Positions 25,299 to 33,331 of a stretch of 62,273 nt of DNA are shown here, one piece after another (within the stretch, counting starts at the first letter, position 1; every line of letters starts with the position of its first letter). The DNA comes from a virus. The translations under genes and the position numbers were made by a program. The stretch is taken from IMG/VR virus record IMGVR_UViG_3300031539_000026. One strand, given 5' to 3'. Below the pieces are notes generated by a model that saw only the letters and a list, made by a program, of their open reading frames with translations, was not told where the DNA came from and did not search any database.

Positions 25299-25839
25299 CG
25301 CCTTTCAGGGCTTGCTCGTCGGGATAAAACTCACTGACATCGTGAGAACCTTTTAATAGTGGGCATGAATCATAATGTTCTTTCAGCGTGGCATTCTCGG
25401 CAGTCAGGCGGTCGATGATGTCGCAGGCTTTGATGTCCCACTCGTACTTTATTTTGATATTTGTTTTTCTCATCTCAGCTATATCTTTATCATAAAGCCT
25501 GTCTACATTTTCGATTTCTACATCATATCTGCTTCGACGTATTTTCGTAAACTCCGTCGGATCAGGCTTCTTTTGAAGCTGGTCGATGTAATCGCAGCAA
25601 TCTATCAACATCAAAGCAAGAGAGCCAACCCGGGTGCCCTGCCCGTCTTTGACGCTTCGGGCATCTCTACGCATACCGTCAGTGTCTATGTATAGCACCG
25701 TCGGCTCAGGCTCGGACTCAAGAAGTTCAAAGATTTCATTGAAGCCATCTTCCATTATTTTGCCCCAACCAAGCGGCTGCATCCGGTGTGTTTTTCTCAT
25801 ATCATGCAGTAATTTAATTGCTTTATTTATTCTACTCAT
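25273..25839 (-). CDS. Hypothetical protein
   Basis: 188-aa ORF. Confidence 0.45.
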   Translation of the reverse strand: MSRINKAIKLLHDMRKTHRMQPLGWGKIMEDGFNEIFELLESEPEPTVLYIDTDGMRRDARSVKDGQGTRVGSLALMLIDCCDYIDQLQKKPDPTEFTKIRRSRYDVEIENVDRLYDKDIAEMRKTNIKIKYEWDIKACDIIDRLTAENATLKEHYDSCPLLKGSHDVSEFYPDEQALKGGENHAGES

Positions 25840-25862
25840 TTGTCACTTCCTTTCTCAAAACA

Positions 25863-25907
25863 AGCGGGTAAACGGATTCGAACCGCCTCTCTCAACTGGA
25901 AGCTGAG
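25863..25907 (-). pseudogene. tRNA-Gly(UCC)-like 3-prime fragment (anticodon arm, T arm and 3-prime acceptor strand only)
   Basis: Minus sense: CTCAG-CTTCCAG-TTGAG-AGA-GGCGG-TTCGAAT-CCGTT-TACCCGC-T. No complementary 5-prime acceptor strand or D arm lies upstream. Confidence 0.55.
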
Positions 25908-25920
25908 CGTGTCGCCTGTG

Positions 25921-26274
25921 TCACTTCAATACTTTCTCCAGTCTGACTACAACAGCTTCCCATTCTTCATCGAGATCGGCGGTCTCAATGTAGCGGCAAC
26001 TGCCCAACCATCTAAGACGATTAGTTAGAAGGTGCAATACTTCATGTCTTGCGTTAGACTCCGGCCCCCTGTCACACTTGACATCGTCCTTACTTAATTT
26101 CGTACATAGTTTAACACAAGCAACCTTACCTAACTCATTGACAGTAACTTGGGCAAAACTATCTTCGAGATTCTCATGGAAGAAGTCTATGCGGTACTGC
26201 GTCAGCCCAAGTTCCTTCTGCCACTTAAGGAACTCCGCCTTGAACTTCTCGAAATACGCTTTAGATGTTTTCAT
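25921..26274 (-). CDS. Small protein with HExxH motif (possible Zn-metallopeptidase-like)
   Basis: The only recognisable motif is ARHEVLHLL. Confidence 0.35.
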   Translation of the reverse strand: MKTSKAYFEKFKAEFLKWQKELGLTQYRIDFFHENLEDSFAQVTVNELGKVACVKLCTKLSKDDVKCDRGPESNARHEVLHLLTNRLRWLGSCRYIETADLDEEWEAVVVRLEKVLK

Positions 26275-26288
26275 TTATCTCTAATCTC

Positions 26289-26678
26289 TCACAAATTGAC
26301 TCTGTCGATGTTGTGGAAAAACGCCAGCAGCCCGGCTATATCGTTCCGATGGCACTTGCTGTAATCGGCTTCCATGCACATTATTGCAACAGTGTAACTT
26401 TCAGACAGTTCCACAAGCCGCTTGCAACCTTCGAGCCACTGATCTTTTGTGCATGTGAAGCCGCCCAGGATCTGCCCCAGCCACAAGTATTGTATCTCTT
26501 GCTTGTTTAATGCCAGGCTGAAACGCTTCTGATTGAAACCCGCTATCCGGCTGAATGGCCTTTCTCGCAGGTCCACAAGAAGCGTTACGCCTGCCTTTTT
26601 GAGTATTGCGATGAGTCCTTCTGGCGTCTTTCCCTGATAGCCAACATTGTAAATTGTTTTTCGTTTTTTAGTTTTCAT
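26289..26678 (-). CDS. DUF488-family protein
   Basis: IYNVGYQGKTPEGLIAILKKAGVTLLVDLRERPFSRIAGFN ... AIMCMEADYSKCHRNDIA matches the DUF488 pattern (tiGy..., vDvR..P.S., C.E.....CHR). Confidence 0.65.
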   Translation of the reverse strand: MKTKKRKTIYNVGYQGKTPEGLIAILKKAGVTLLVDLRERPFSRIAGFNQKRFSLALNKQEIQYLWLGQILGGFTCTKDQWLEGCKRLVELSESYTVAIMCMEADYSKCHRNDIAGLLAFFHNIDRVNL

Positions 26679-26841
26679 AGTATTGTAAGTCTAACATATT
26701 TTTTTATGATTATTTTGGTAACAAATCATGGTTTCTATGATTGTGAAGTTCATTCAAATAGCGCTCCCTGTCCGGCTCTGGCCTCTTTTACCGGCACTCC
26801 GGTATCAACTGCCCTCAGACGGTCTCTGGCGATTTGACAGT

Positions 26842-27078
26842 TCACGTTGATTCCTGATAATATTTTTGTAGTACCTTCCAGACTTTACATATTTCTCTTT
26901 TTATTTCTTTGTTTTTTGAGTCTGGAATGTTGTGTATTATGTCTATTATTATTCTGATATCTTTCTTGTAATTTTCACATTTAACGATGTTTTCTCGGAA
27001 TCTTTTTGATAAGTCACTGGTTTCTATTAACACAGCTTTTCTTAGTTGTTTCATCGCTTCTTCAATTGGGCTTTCCAT
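26842..27078 (-). CDS. Hypothetical protein (AT-rich island)
   Basis: Start taken at MESPIEE, just after the upstream stop. Confidence 0.35.
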   Translation of the reverse strand: MESPIEEAMKQLRKAVLIETSDLSKRFRENIVKCENYKKDIRIIIDIIHNIPDSKNKEIKREICKVWKVLQKYYQEST

Positions 27079-27080
27079 GA

Positions 27081-27755
27081 TTAGTCTGCCTTTTTTGCAT
27101 TTTTTAAGTTTTTTGTTTGAGCTATGATGCACATTTTATTAAGTACAAGGTCGGCATGGTCTGGAGCATGCAAAGTGCCCTTGCCTATGATGTATTGGCC
27201 TTTTGTACAACATAATCCTTTAATCCAATGCCGAGTGCCATATAAGTGATTATTAAAGTATGTATCTCTTCTTGGTTCGTCCCAAGTTTGTTCGTCAAGC
27301 TCTTCGTCCAATGTTACTCTTAGTATGCTGTTTATCTTCTCTATATTTTGAATTGGAAAGGGAAAACAAAACATGTCACCCTGCCTAAGAGTAGATTCTT
27401 TGCCATATATATTCTCGTATTCTTTAATTATATCTGGTTTTATTGATTCGTAAAATGTTCCATCGTCCCATCTTTTCTTCCAGTTTCCGTCTTCAAGCTC
27501 TACTAAAAATGGCTGTTCATCCGTACCACCAAACCACGCCTTGTACCCTGTAAAATTATGATTTAAGTCTGCGAGTGGCTTTTCTGATAACAAAAGAAAC
27601 TGGGACATATCATGTGTTAATTGAAAGAGTTCGTATCCTCTTTTTGGCATTGTTATGACACTTTTTCTTCTCATGGGACGTTCAATGTTAGCATACCTCA
27701 ATTCAGCTAATCCAGCTTTTTGTAATTCATCTGTATATTTATAATTGATTTTCAT
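27081..27755 (-). CDS. Hypothetical protein (AT-rich island)
   Basis: 224-aa ORF. No motif recognised. Confidence 0.45.
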   Translation of the reverse strand: MKINYKYTDELQKAGLAELRYANIERPMRRKSVITMPKRGYELFQLTHDMSQFLLLSEKPLADLNHNFTGYKAWFGGTDEQPFLVELEDGNWKKRWDDGTFYESIKPDIIKEYENIYGKESTLRQGDMFCFPFPIQNIEKINSILRVTLDEELDEQTWDEPRRDTYFNNHLYGTRHWIKGLCCTKGQYIIGKGTLHAPDHADLVLNKMCIIAQTKNLKNAKKAD

Positions 27756-27935
27756 ATTTGATTCCTTTCTTTTTATAGTTCATTTATTTTACCAAGTCCA
27801 CGCACCCATCAGGCCAGTCTTTCATAACCTCAAGGCAGTCACCGCAGATTATTTCGTTCTCAACTTTCATTCAATTATTCCAAATATGGCCCGCCCGCGA
27901 AAGAGCTTGAAAAGCGGGCGGGCCAACGCTTAAGA

Positions 27936-28169
27936 TCATTCATTGCTACTCAGCTGCTCAGGCTGTTCGGCTGCTAAGTCCTCTTTTCCACCGGCAGCAG
28001 CGTCCCACTTGGCTACAGAATCCGCAACCTGTGCCTGAGCCAGTTCTATCTCGGCATTGGTTATTTCCTCACCGGCTTGAACGCGCTTGGCAAGGTCGGC
28101 TATTTCTTTAGTCACACCAACGCCCTCGGAAACTAATTTCAAAACGAGTAAGATTGATGCCGTGCTCAT
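27936..28169 (-). CDS. Small membrane-associated hypothetical protein
   Basis: 77 aa with N-terminal hydrophobic STASILLVLKLV. Confidence 0.4.
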   Translation of the reverse strand: MSTASILLVLKLVSEGVGVTKEIADLAKRVQAGEEITNAEIELAQAQVADSVAKWDAAAGGKEDLAAEQPEQLSSNE

Positions 28170-28181
28170 CTTTTTATCCTT

Positions 28182-28664
28182 TCAAAAATTGGTTAATGCA
28201 AATTTGCCAAAATATTTGAATGCTGCTGCGTCATAGACTTTTGCCGCTTCGATTTCGTTATCAAATAGACCGAGATAAATATTGTGACCATCAATTTGAA
28301 TATATGCCTGCCATTTATGCCCGCCTTTGTGCCAGGAAACGCCTTTGAATGTGGACGAACCACCCCTGTATGGATTCCCATTCTGATGGTTTTGTGAGCA
28401 GGTGCAAATTCTAAGTTTATTCCGTCGGTTATCAAGACCGTTATGATTCTTGTGGTCGCCTTGTCGTGGGTCGCTATGCTTCAGGCCCAGTATCTCTCGG
28501 TGCATATATATCATTCGCCATTTTCCATTTGGTAAGAGAGTGCTTCTTCCGGCATAAAATGTTTGAGGCCTTTTATAAGCACACCATTTATGTTTGTTAA
28601 GTCTCTCGAAATCGGCGTCATCGACCATGGCAAACATTCCTCGCGTAAGGGGTATTTGTTTCAT
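28182..28664 (-). CDS. HNH endonuclease fused to an AP2 DNA-binding domain
   Basis: [27 protein letters not shown] (HNH), then [46 protein letters not shown] (AP2). Confidence 0.85.
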   Translation of the reverse strand: MKQIPLTRGMFAMVDDADFERLNKHKWCAYKRPQTFYAGRSTLLPNGKWRMIYMHREILGLKHSDPRQGDHKNHNGLDNRRNKLRICTCSQNHQNGNPYRGGSSTFKGVSWHKGGHKWQAYIQIDGHNIYLGLFDNEIEAAKVYDAAAFKYFGKFALTNF

Positions 28665-28723
28665 GGTATCTCCAAAATATTAAAGATTTAATATTTTAAG
28701 CCCTTAGTAGTTCTGTTTTATCC

Positions 28724-29362
28724 TTACCCCTCTTTCGCGAGGTTGTAATCAATTAACTGTGTAAGGACTGCCTGGAACAACTCGATCACATCCGGGCTGT
28801 CCCTGCCGGCCTTAATTGCCGCTTCCCATTCGATCAAACTTTGCTGACCCTGGTGAATCAGTATCGTCAACTGCCCGGTCTCTTCCGGGCTGAACTTTCC
28901 CGATATCTGCAATGCAGTCAATGAATCAACTGTTGCTGAAAACGTTTTCTGCGAAGCTAGTAAATCTGCCTTCGGATTCTCCGCCCACATACAGCCGGCA
29001 GCCAGCAGTAGAAAACAGAGCAATAAGACTAAAGAAGTGGCCGCGGTTCCGTTCGGTACTTTCTTTTTAACAATGCCCCCCATGTTCTTCGTAAGTTCGT
29101 AACTCCCAGTAGCCGTAAGTCCAATTATAATCCCACCCACAAGCCAGTCCGTCATAGCCATTACATAGAACATCAAGACCGCTGTGCCGATTCCAACGAG
29201 CATAAACAATGGCTTCTTGATTCCATCCGGACCCACAGGCCAGAAGTATTCCATTACGGCCCTGAATAACTGGACTACGATCATCGGCACTACACCCAAC
29301 AAAATCATCGTCTGGGTCAGGGTGACGTCTTTTATGTCGATTGTTTGTAATTCTGCAAGCAT
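28724..29362 (-). CDS. Multi-TM membrane protein (holin-like N-terminal part) with an internal lipoprotein-signal-like segment
   Basis: Three hydrophobic segments, then MGGIVKKKVPNGTAATSLVLLLCFLLLAAGC (lipobox LAAGC), then a soluble tail. Confidence 0.5.
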   Translation of the reverse strand: MLAELQTIDIKDVTLTQTMILLGVVPMIVVQLFRAVMEYFWPVGPDGIKKPLFMLVGIGTAVLMFYVMAMTDWLVGGIIIGLTATGSYELTKNMGGIVKKKVPNGTAATSLVLLLCFLLLAAGCMWAENPKADLLASQKTFSATVDSLTALQISGKFSPEETGQLTILIHQGQQSLIEWEAAIKAGRDSPDVIELFQAVLTQLIDYNLAKEG

Positions 29363-29530
29363 TTTTGATTCTCCTTAAACGTTTCGTTTCAAAAAAATGG
29401 TGGCAGGAACAATCCGGCGACAAGCCGACCTATGGGATTAACTCTACCAAGTAAAACTTTTTATAGCAGTGTCCCTGCCACTGAGGTCCCTAGTCCATAA
29501 GCATATCACCTCCTTTCGTTCTAAAGCTGT

Positions 29531-29869
29531 CTATTCTGCATCACTGTCTTCTGTAATTTTCACCTTATCGTCTTGTGGCGTAATTAAAACTTCGACGCCA
29601 TCACAATGACACTTGATTGTGCCGTCATCAAGTCTCTGCAGATGCTCCTCTTTAATTAGTTCCAGAAGTTTTCTCTTTAATGTGACTTCATTCGCCAGGG
29701 CTTGCCGCCTTAGCCTTACAGACTTTTTGTACTCCCTTCCTATCTGAGCGATCTCTTTCGAGTGTTCCGGCGATACATCTATCAGGGGTATCTGCTCTCC
29801 AACTTCAACCCCGGCCTTATTCAAAGAGGCTTGTTTGGAGTTCTCGTTTTCCTTCTTCGACTTCTTCAT
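29531..29869 (-). CDS. Hypothetical protein
   Basis: 112-aa ORF. Confidence 0.4.
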   Translation of the reverse strand: MKKSKKENENSKQASLNKAGVEVGEQIPLIDVSPEHSKEIAQIGREYKKSVRLRRQALANEVTLKRKLLELIKEEHLQRLDDGTIKCHCDGVEVLITPQDDKVKITEDSDAE

Positions 29870-30392
29870 AGTGACATCCTTTCATTTGATTTAGCTTATT
29901 GATATATATTTCCGTTCTCGGGATTTCCGAGTATTGTTTAATAACCGGCCCGGCACACACCCTCGAATCATCCTTCCAGAACATTCCTTTGAGTGCATCG
30001 AGAATGATTTTGTCCGCGTTGTCCCGGTCCGGAGTCGTGATTTTCCAGTATGGGGCAGAGTCTTTGAGTTTGCGAGCGTTGCGGCCGGTCCTGTAATGAT
30101 TCTTCGGCCGGGCGTAGTATAAGAATATAGTGACTTCGAGCGGCTCGTCAAACGGTACGTCGGGAGCAAGCGTTCGCACCATCCGCCTGATTTCCTCTTT
30201 GTCTTTGTATGATGGGTCGTAATTGTGGATGAAAAAATCTTCTTTACGGTAGAGTTTTTCTATCTTGCCGTTTCCGAGCTTGACCTCAACGCCGCGGCAT
30301 CCACCCCTGTGCCGTATGGCTGACCTGTGCCGCTGCTGCGACTTTGGCTCACCGGGAATTACGAGCTTGTAGTCGTAGGGATGATCCATCAT
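29817..30392 (-). CDS. rusA: RusA-family Holliday junction resolvase
   Basis: LVIPGEPKSQQRHR ... TTPDRDNADKIILDALKGMFWKDDSRV. Confidence 0.8.
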   Translation of the reverse strand: MMDHPYDYKLVIPGEPKSQQRHRSAIRHRGGCRGVEVKLGNGKIEKLYRKEDFFIHNYDPSYKDKEEIRRMVRTLAPDVPFDEPLEVTIFLYYARPKNHYRTGRNARKLKDSAPYWKITTPDRDNADKIILDALKGMFWKDDSRVCAGPVIKQYSEIPRTEIYINKLNQMKGCHYEEVEEGKRELQTSLFE

Positions 30393-30399
30393 TCACCTT

Positions 30400-30816
30400 T
30401 CACCCTGTCAATAGTTTTGGCATTTCTGATTTTTGAAGTCTTGCAATATTCTCCGGCATTCGCATGAAGTCGCCCACCGTCGATCCGTCAGGTAGTACCA
30501 TCATCGCAAGGAATTGATCTTCAAACGTTATTCCGCCGGACTGTATTTCTTCCAGCTTCATTTTGAGGCTCATATAGAATATCCGCCATCGCTGCCGAAC
30601 GGCCTGTTTGTACTGAGTGTCGTGTCGGTAATCGTCCGGTTTGGGCATTGGGACGTTATGCTTAAAAACCTTACCCTTATATTTAAAGCCTATGCCGTCA
30701 CCCCTTGGGCTTGTGCCGAAGAAGAATTCCTCGATCCCATAGTTTATCAATAACTCCTGGACCTGAACCTTACTCCTACTTACTGCCACCGTTGTATTTT
30801 TGGCGTATTTAGCCAT
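30400..30816 (-). CDS. Hypothetical protein
   Basis: 138-aa ORF. Confidence 0.45.
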   Translation of the reverse strand: MAKYAKNTTVAVSRSKVQVQELLINYGIEEFFFGTSPRGDGIGFKYKGKVFKHNVPMPKPDDYRHDTQYKQAVRQRWRIFYMSLKMKLEEIQSGGITFEDQFLAMMVLPDGSTVGDFMRMPENIARLQKSEMPKLLTG

Positions 30817-31199
30817 CAGTCACCGCCTTCCTGGGATTGCTCAAATTCATCAATGAGCTTGTTATATTCTTCCCACGTGCGCAAACAAGTTGAGCGTATA
30901 TCCTTTTCACTTACTACACAATTAAGGTGGTGTGCCGCCATAAACGCGAGGAGTCCATGCTTGCCGTAATGCTCGGGATTTTCTTTTGCTGCCTGTAAAA
31001 ATTCTCCAGGCTTATCTGTTTGCAATAGGACGCCGCCGCGAGGGTCGCAAGGTAAACCTGATTCTGGTTTTTGGCATAGATGCCGCTCGTTGTGAGTCCA
31101 CCAACAAGTCGCTGCGCTATAATAAATTATTGGAAAACCACCACTCATTATGTCACTTAAAACACGATTGAAATCTATTCTTTCAATATATTTAGCCAT
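30816..31199 (-). CDS. Hypothetical protein
   Basis: 127-aa ORF. Confidence 0.45.
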   Translation of the reverse strand: MAKYIERIDFNRVLSDIMSGGFPIIYYSAATCWWTHNERHLCQKPESGLPCDPRGGVLLQTDKPGEFLQAAKENPEHYGKHGLLAFMAAHHLNCVVSEKDIRSTCLRTWEEYNKLIDEFEQSQEGGD

Positions 31200-31235
31200 C
31201 AGTCACTTCTTTTCATTAAACAATCATACATTTGC

Positions 31236-31508
31236 TTACAAAACCTCTTCCATCATAGTTGAATGGCAGCTTATACATTCCAAGGGTTTGGTTGGGTGTT
31301 TGACATCGATGCCGCACTTCTTACAAATCCAGATCTTCAATTCAGATTTAGTCGGCCGGTCCGGGTTATTCTCTTTCTGCTCGGCGATAATCGGTCGGGC
31401 TAAAATGTTTCGGTCCGATATCGAGAGCATCTTCATTATGCTCGTTGGAATCGGCACAGCGGTCTTGCGCGCTTTGGCGGATATTCGATCCAGTTGTCCG
31501 AACGGCAT
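31236..31508 (-). CDS. Zn-ribbon-containing ORF, overlapping the AP2 ORF out of frame
   Basis: C-terminal CKKCG...CISCH. The first 143 nt overlap 31366-31974. Confidence 0.4.
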   Translation of the reverse strand: MPFGQLDRISAKARKTAVPIPTSIMKMLSISDRNILARPIIAEQKENNPDRPTKSELKIWICKKCGIDVKHPTKPLECISCHSTMMEEVL

Positions 31509-31974
31509 CCAAGCTGCGATACTCAGCAGCTTTGGCCTTATTGCCGATATGATCCTGATACACCGCCGCCGCCTCGATATCGCTGTCGTAAGTGCCTAAA
31601 TGGATAGTCTTTTTCTTTTTGCCGTCCCAATACGTGGCACGGTATCGAATCTTTCCTGATTTCGTAGGCTTGTAGGGAAATACGCCTATATATTTCGACT
31701 TTTTTCGTTTGCCCAATTTTCTGGGCTTGCGGACCGGCTTTGCCAGCGCTTTTTTTGTCACTTTCTGTTTTTGTGTGAACGGCTCAAATGAAGCTTCTGC
31801 CGGCTCGAAACGTGAGCATATATCGTCGCCGAGCAAGAGGTCTGATTCCGATCCATCCCTGGTGCAGATTAGCGTGACCAACTTAACAGTCCGCACATCC
31901 TTGACTAAATAAAACTTACCATCCTCTCCTATGAAAAACTTGGTCTGTTCAATCGTATCTTCTGTTATTCCCAT
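31366..31974 (-). CDS. AP2-domain protein
   Basis: KYIGVFPYKPTKSGKIRYRATYWDGKKKKTIHLGTYDSDIEAAAVYQDH. Start at MGITEDT. Confidence 0.6.
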   Translation of the reverse strand: MGITEDTIEQTKFFIGEDGKFYLVKDVRTVKLVTLICTRDGSESDLLLGDDICSRFEPAEASFEPFTQKQKVTKKALAKPVRKPRKLGKRKKSKYIGVFPYKPTKSGKIRYRATYWDGKKKKTIHLGTYDSDIEAAAVYQDHIGNKAKAAEYRSLDAVRTTGSNIRQSAQDRCADSNEHNEDALDIGPKHFSPTDYRRAERE

Positions 31975-31988
31975 AATAATTTCCTTCC

Positions 31989-32429
31989 TTAAAAGCGTTT
32001 TAACACCACCTTGTGAATCTTTCTGTGACAGTTTTTGCAAACAGGTAAAACGTGAAGTCGATGTTCAGGCTCATAGCCGAGGTGATGGTGATAACCATAC
32101 GCTTTATTACCGCAGCCACATGAACAAACATAATTACTGGCTTTTGGAAATTGACCGGTATGAATAGCATTATTCACGGTACTATGAGCGATTTTTCTAT
32201 CTGGTTTATTTTTTCGGTAACGTTTCATTCTACGTAAGTTACTTCGTTTGCCTTTTTCGCTTTGTGAGAAGCGATTCTGGGCTTGCTTGCCTTTATCGCT
32301 TTTTTGGTAAGCCGACGTAGCTGTTTTAGCGCAGTTTTTACACCAAGATTGAAGTCTATCTTTGGATGAGGATTGCTTGTGAAATTCCGAAAACAGTTTG
32401 GTTTGCCTGCATTTCGTACACGTTTTCAT
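31989..32429 (-). CDS. Zn-finger / HNH-like protein
   Basis: CTKCRQTK..FHK....WCKNC at the N-terminus. C-terminal HHHLGYEPEHRLHVLPVCKNCHRKIH. Confidence 0.55.
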   Translation of the reverse strand: MKTCTKCRQTKLFSEFHKQSSSKDRLQSWCKNCAKTATSAYQKSDKGKQAQNRFSQSEKGKRSNLRRMKRYRKNKPDRKIAHSTVNNAIHTGQFPKASNYVCSCGCGNKAYGYHHHLGYEPEHRLHVLPVCKNCHRKIHKVVLKRF

Positions 32430-32443
32430 GTTCTTATTTCTCC

Positions 32444-33331
32444 TTACTCCTTAGCCTTAACTACTCTCGCCCTATACCCGATTTCTTCATCCAGCCTTGA
32501 GAAGAACAACGCCATCGGATTGCGTCCATTTTTCGACTCCTTCGCCATATCAGCCACCCGCCGGAATATGCTTTCATCGAACCTTTTCGCCAACACCTGT
32601 AGATTGAGCCAGTTGCCTAGATTTCTGATTGCCGATCTGTCAGACTTCGAGCGAGCGTTGAGAATTTGCCCTAGTGCCGAATCGAACCGAAGCGAAAACG
32701 AATTAGATTTAAAATCTCCGAAATTCACTTCATCGCCATTATTACCTGTCTGTGAGTTTTGCAGTCCCCCGGGATTTTCCAGGAGTGTTTCGTTTCGTTC
32801 TGTTTCGTTCTGTTCGGTTTCGTTTCGTTTCGTTTCGTTATATAAGGCTCCTGATTTTCCTGGAATTTCTGGAAAACCTTGACTTTCACTCGCTGTTTTT
32901 GGCTGTTTTTTACTTTCCTGATTTTCCTGGAATTTCTGGAATTCATCATTTGGAACTTCTTTAACCCACGCAACTTGTTCATCTAAAAGGACTTGTAATG
33001 CAAAGTCGATACTCTCAATAGACATGCTAAGAATAAAAGCCAGATCTTCAATTGTTGCCGGCTTGCCGCGTGCATTGAGCAATTGGCCTTTTCTTATCTC
33101 GCTTGACTCACTTCCCGCAATTTCCAGGAATTTCTGGAAAATACCAAAGACCTCGTATGTTTTATCACCCGCCCGATGCTGCATCGCTTTGAAACCGGCG
33201 CCTTGAGCGCGGCCATGCCTCTTTGAACGGATATACTCAAGCGGCCTGACGCGGAGCTTGTCGCCTATCCTTGCCGGTTGGCCTTTGTCGTTGACCTCGT
33301 ATCGCTCAAGCCATTCAGTGATTACATACAT
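32444..33331 (-). CDS. Replication organiser/initiator-like protein (winged-helix N-terminal domain)
   Basis: Start at MYVITEW. Pattern ...KGQLLNARGKPATIEDLAFILSMSIESIDFALQVLLDEQVAWV. The gene contains iterons, as lambda O does. Confidence 0.5.
   Translation of the reverse strand: MYVITEWLERYEVNDKGQPARIGDKLRVRPLEYIRSKRHGRAQGAGFKAMQHRAGDKTYEVFGIFQKFLEIAGSESSEIRKGQLLNARGKPATIEDLAFILSMSIESIDFALQVLLDEQVAWVKEVPNDEFQKFQENQESKKQPKTASESQGFPEIPGKSGALYNETKRNETEQNETERNETLLENPGGLQNSQTGNNGDEVNFGDFKSNSFSLRFDSALGQILNARSKSDRSAIRNLGNWLNLQVLAKRFDESIFRRVADMAKESKNGRNPMALFFSRLDEEIGYRARVVKAKE
32773..33139. promoter_or_regulatory. Putative origin of replication: 3.5 iterons plus a (GTTTC)n tract inside the replication gene
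   Basis: ctgattttcctggaatttctggaa at 32851 and 32918; aatttccaggaatttctggaa at 33119; half-site gattttccagga at 32773; about 10 GTTTC-type pentamers at 32787-32839. Confidence 0.55.
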
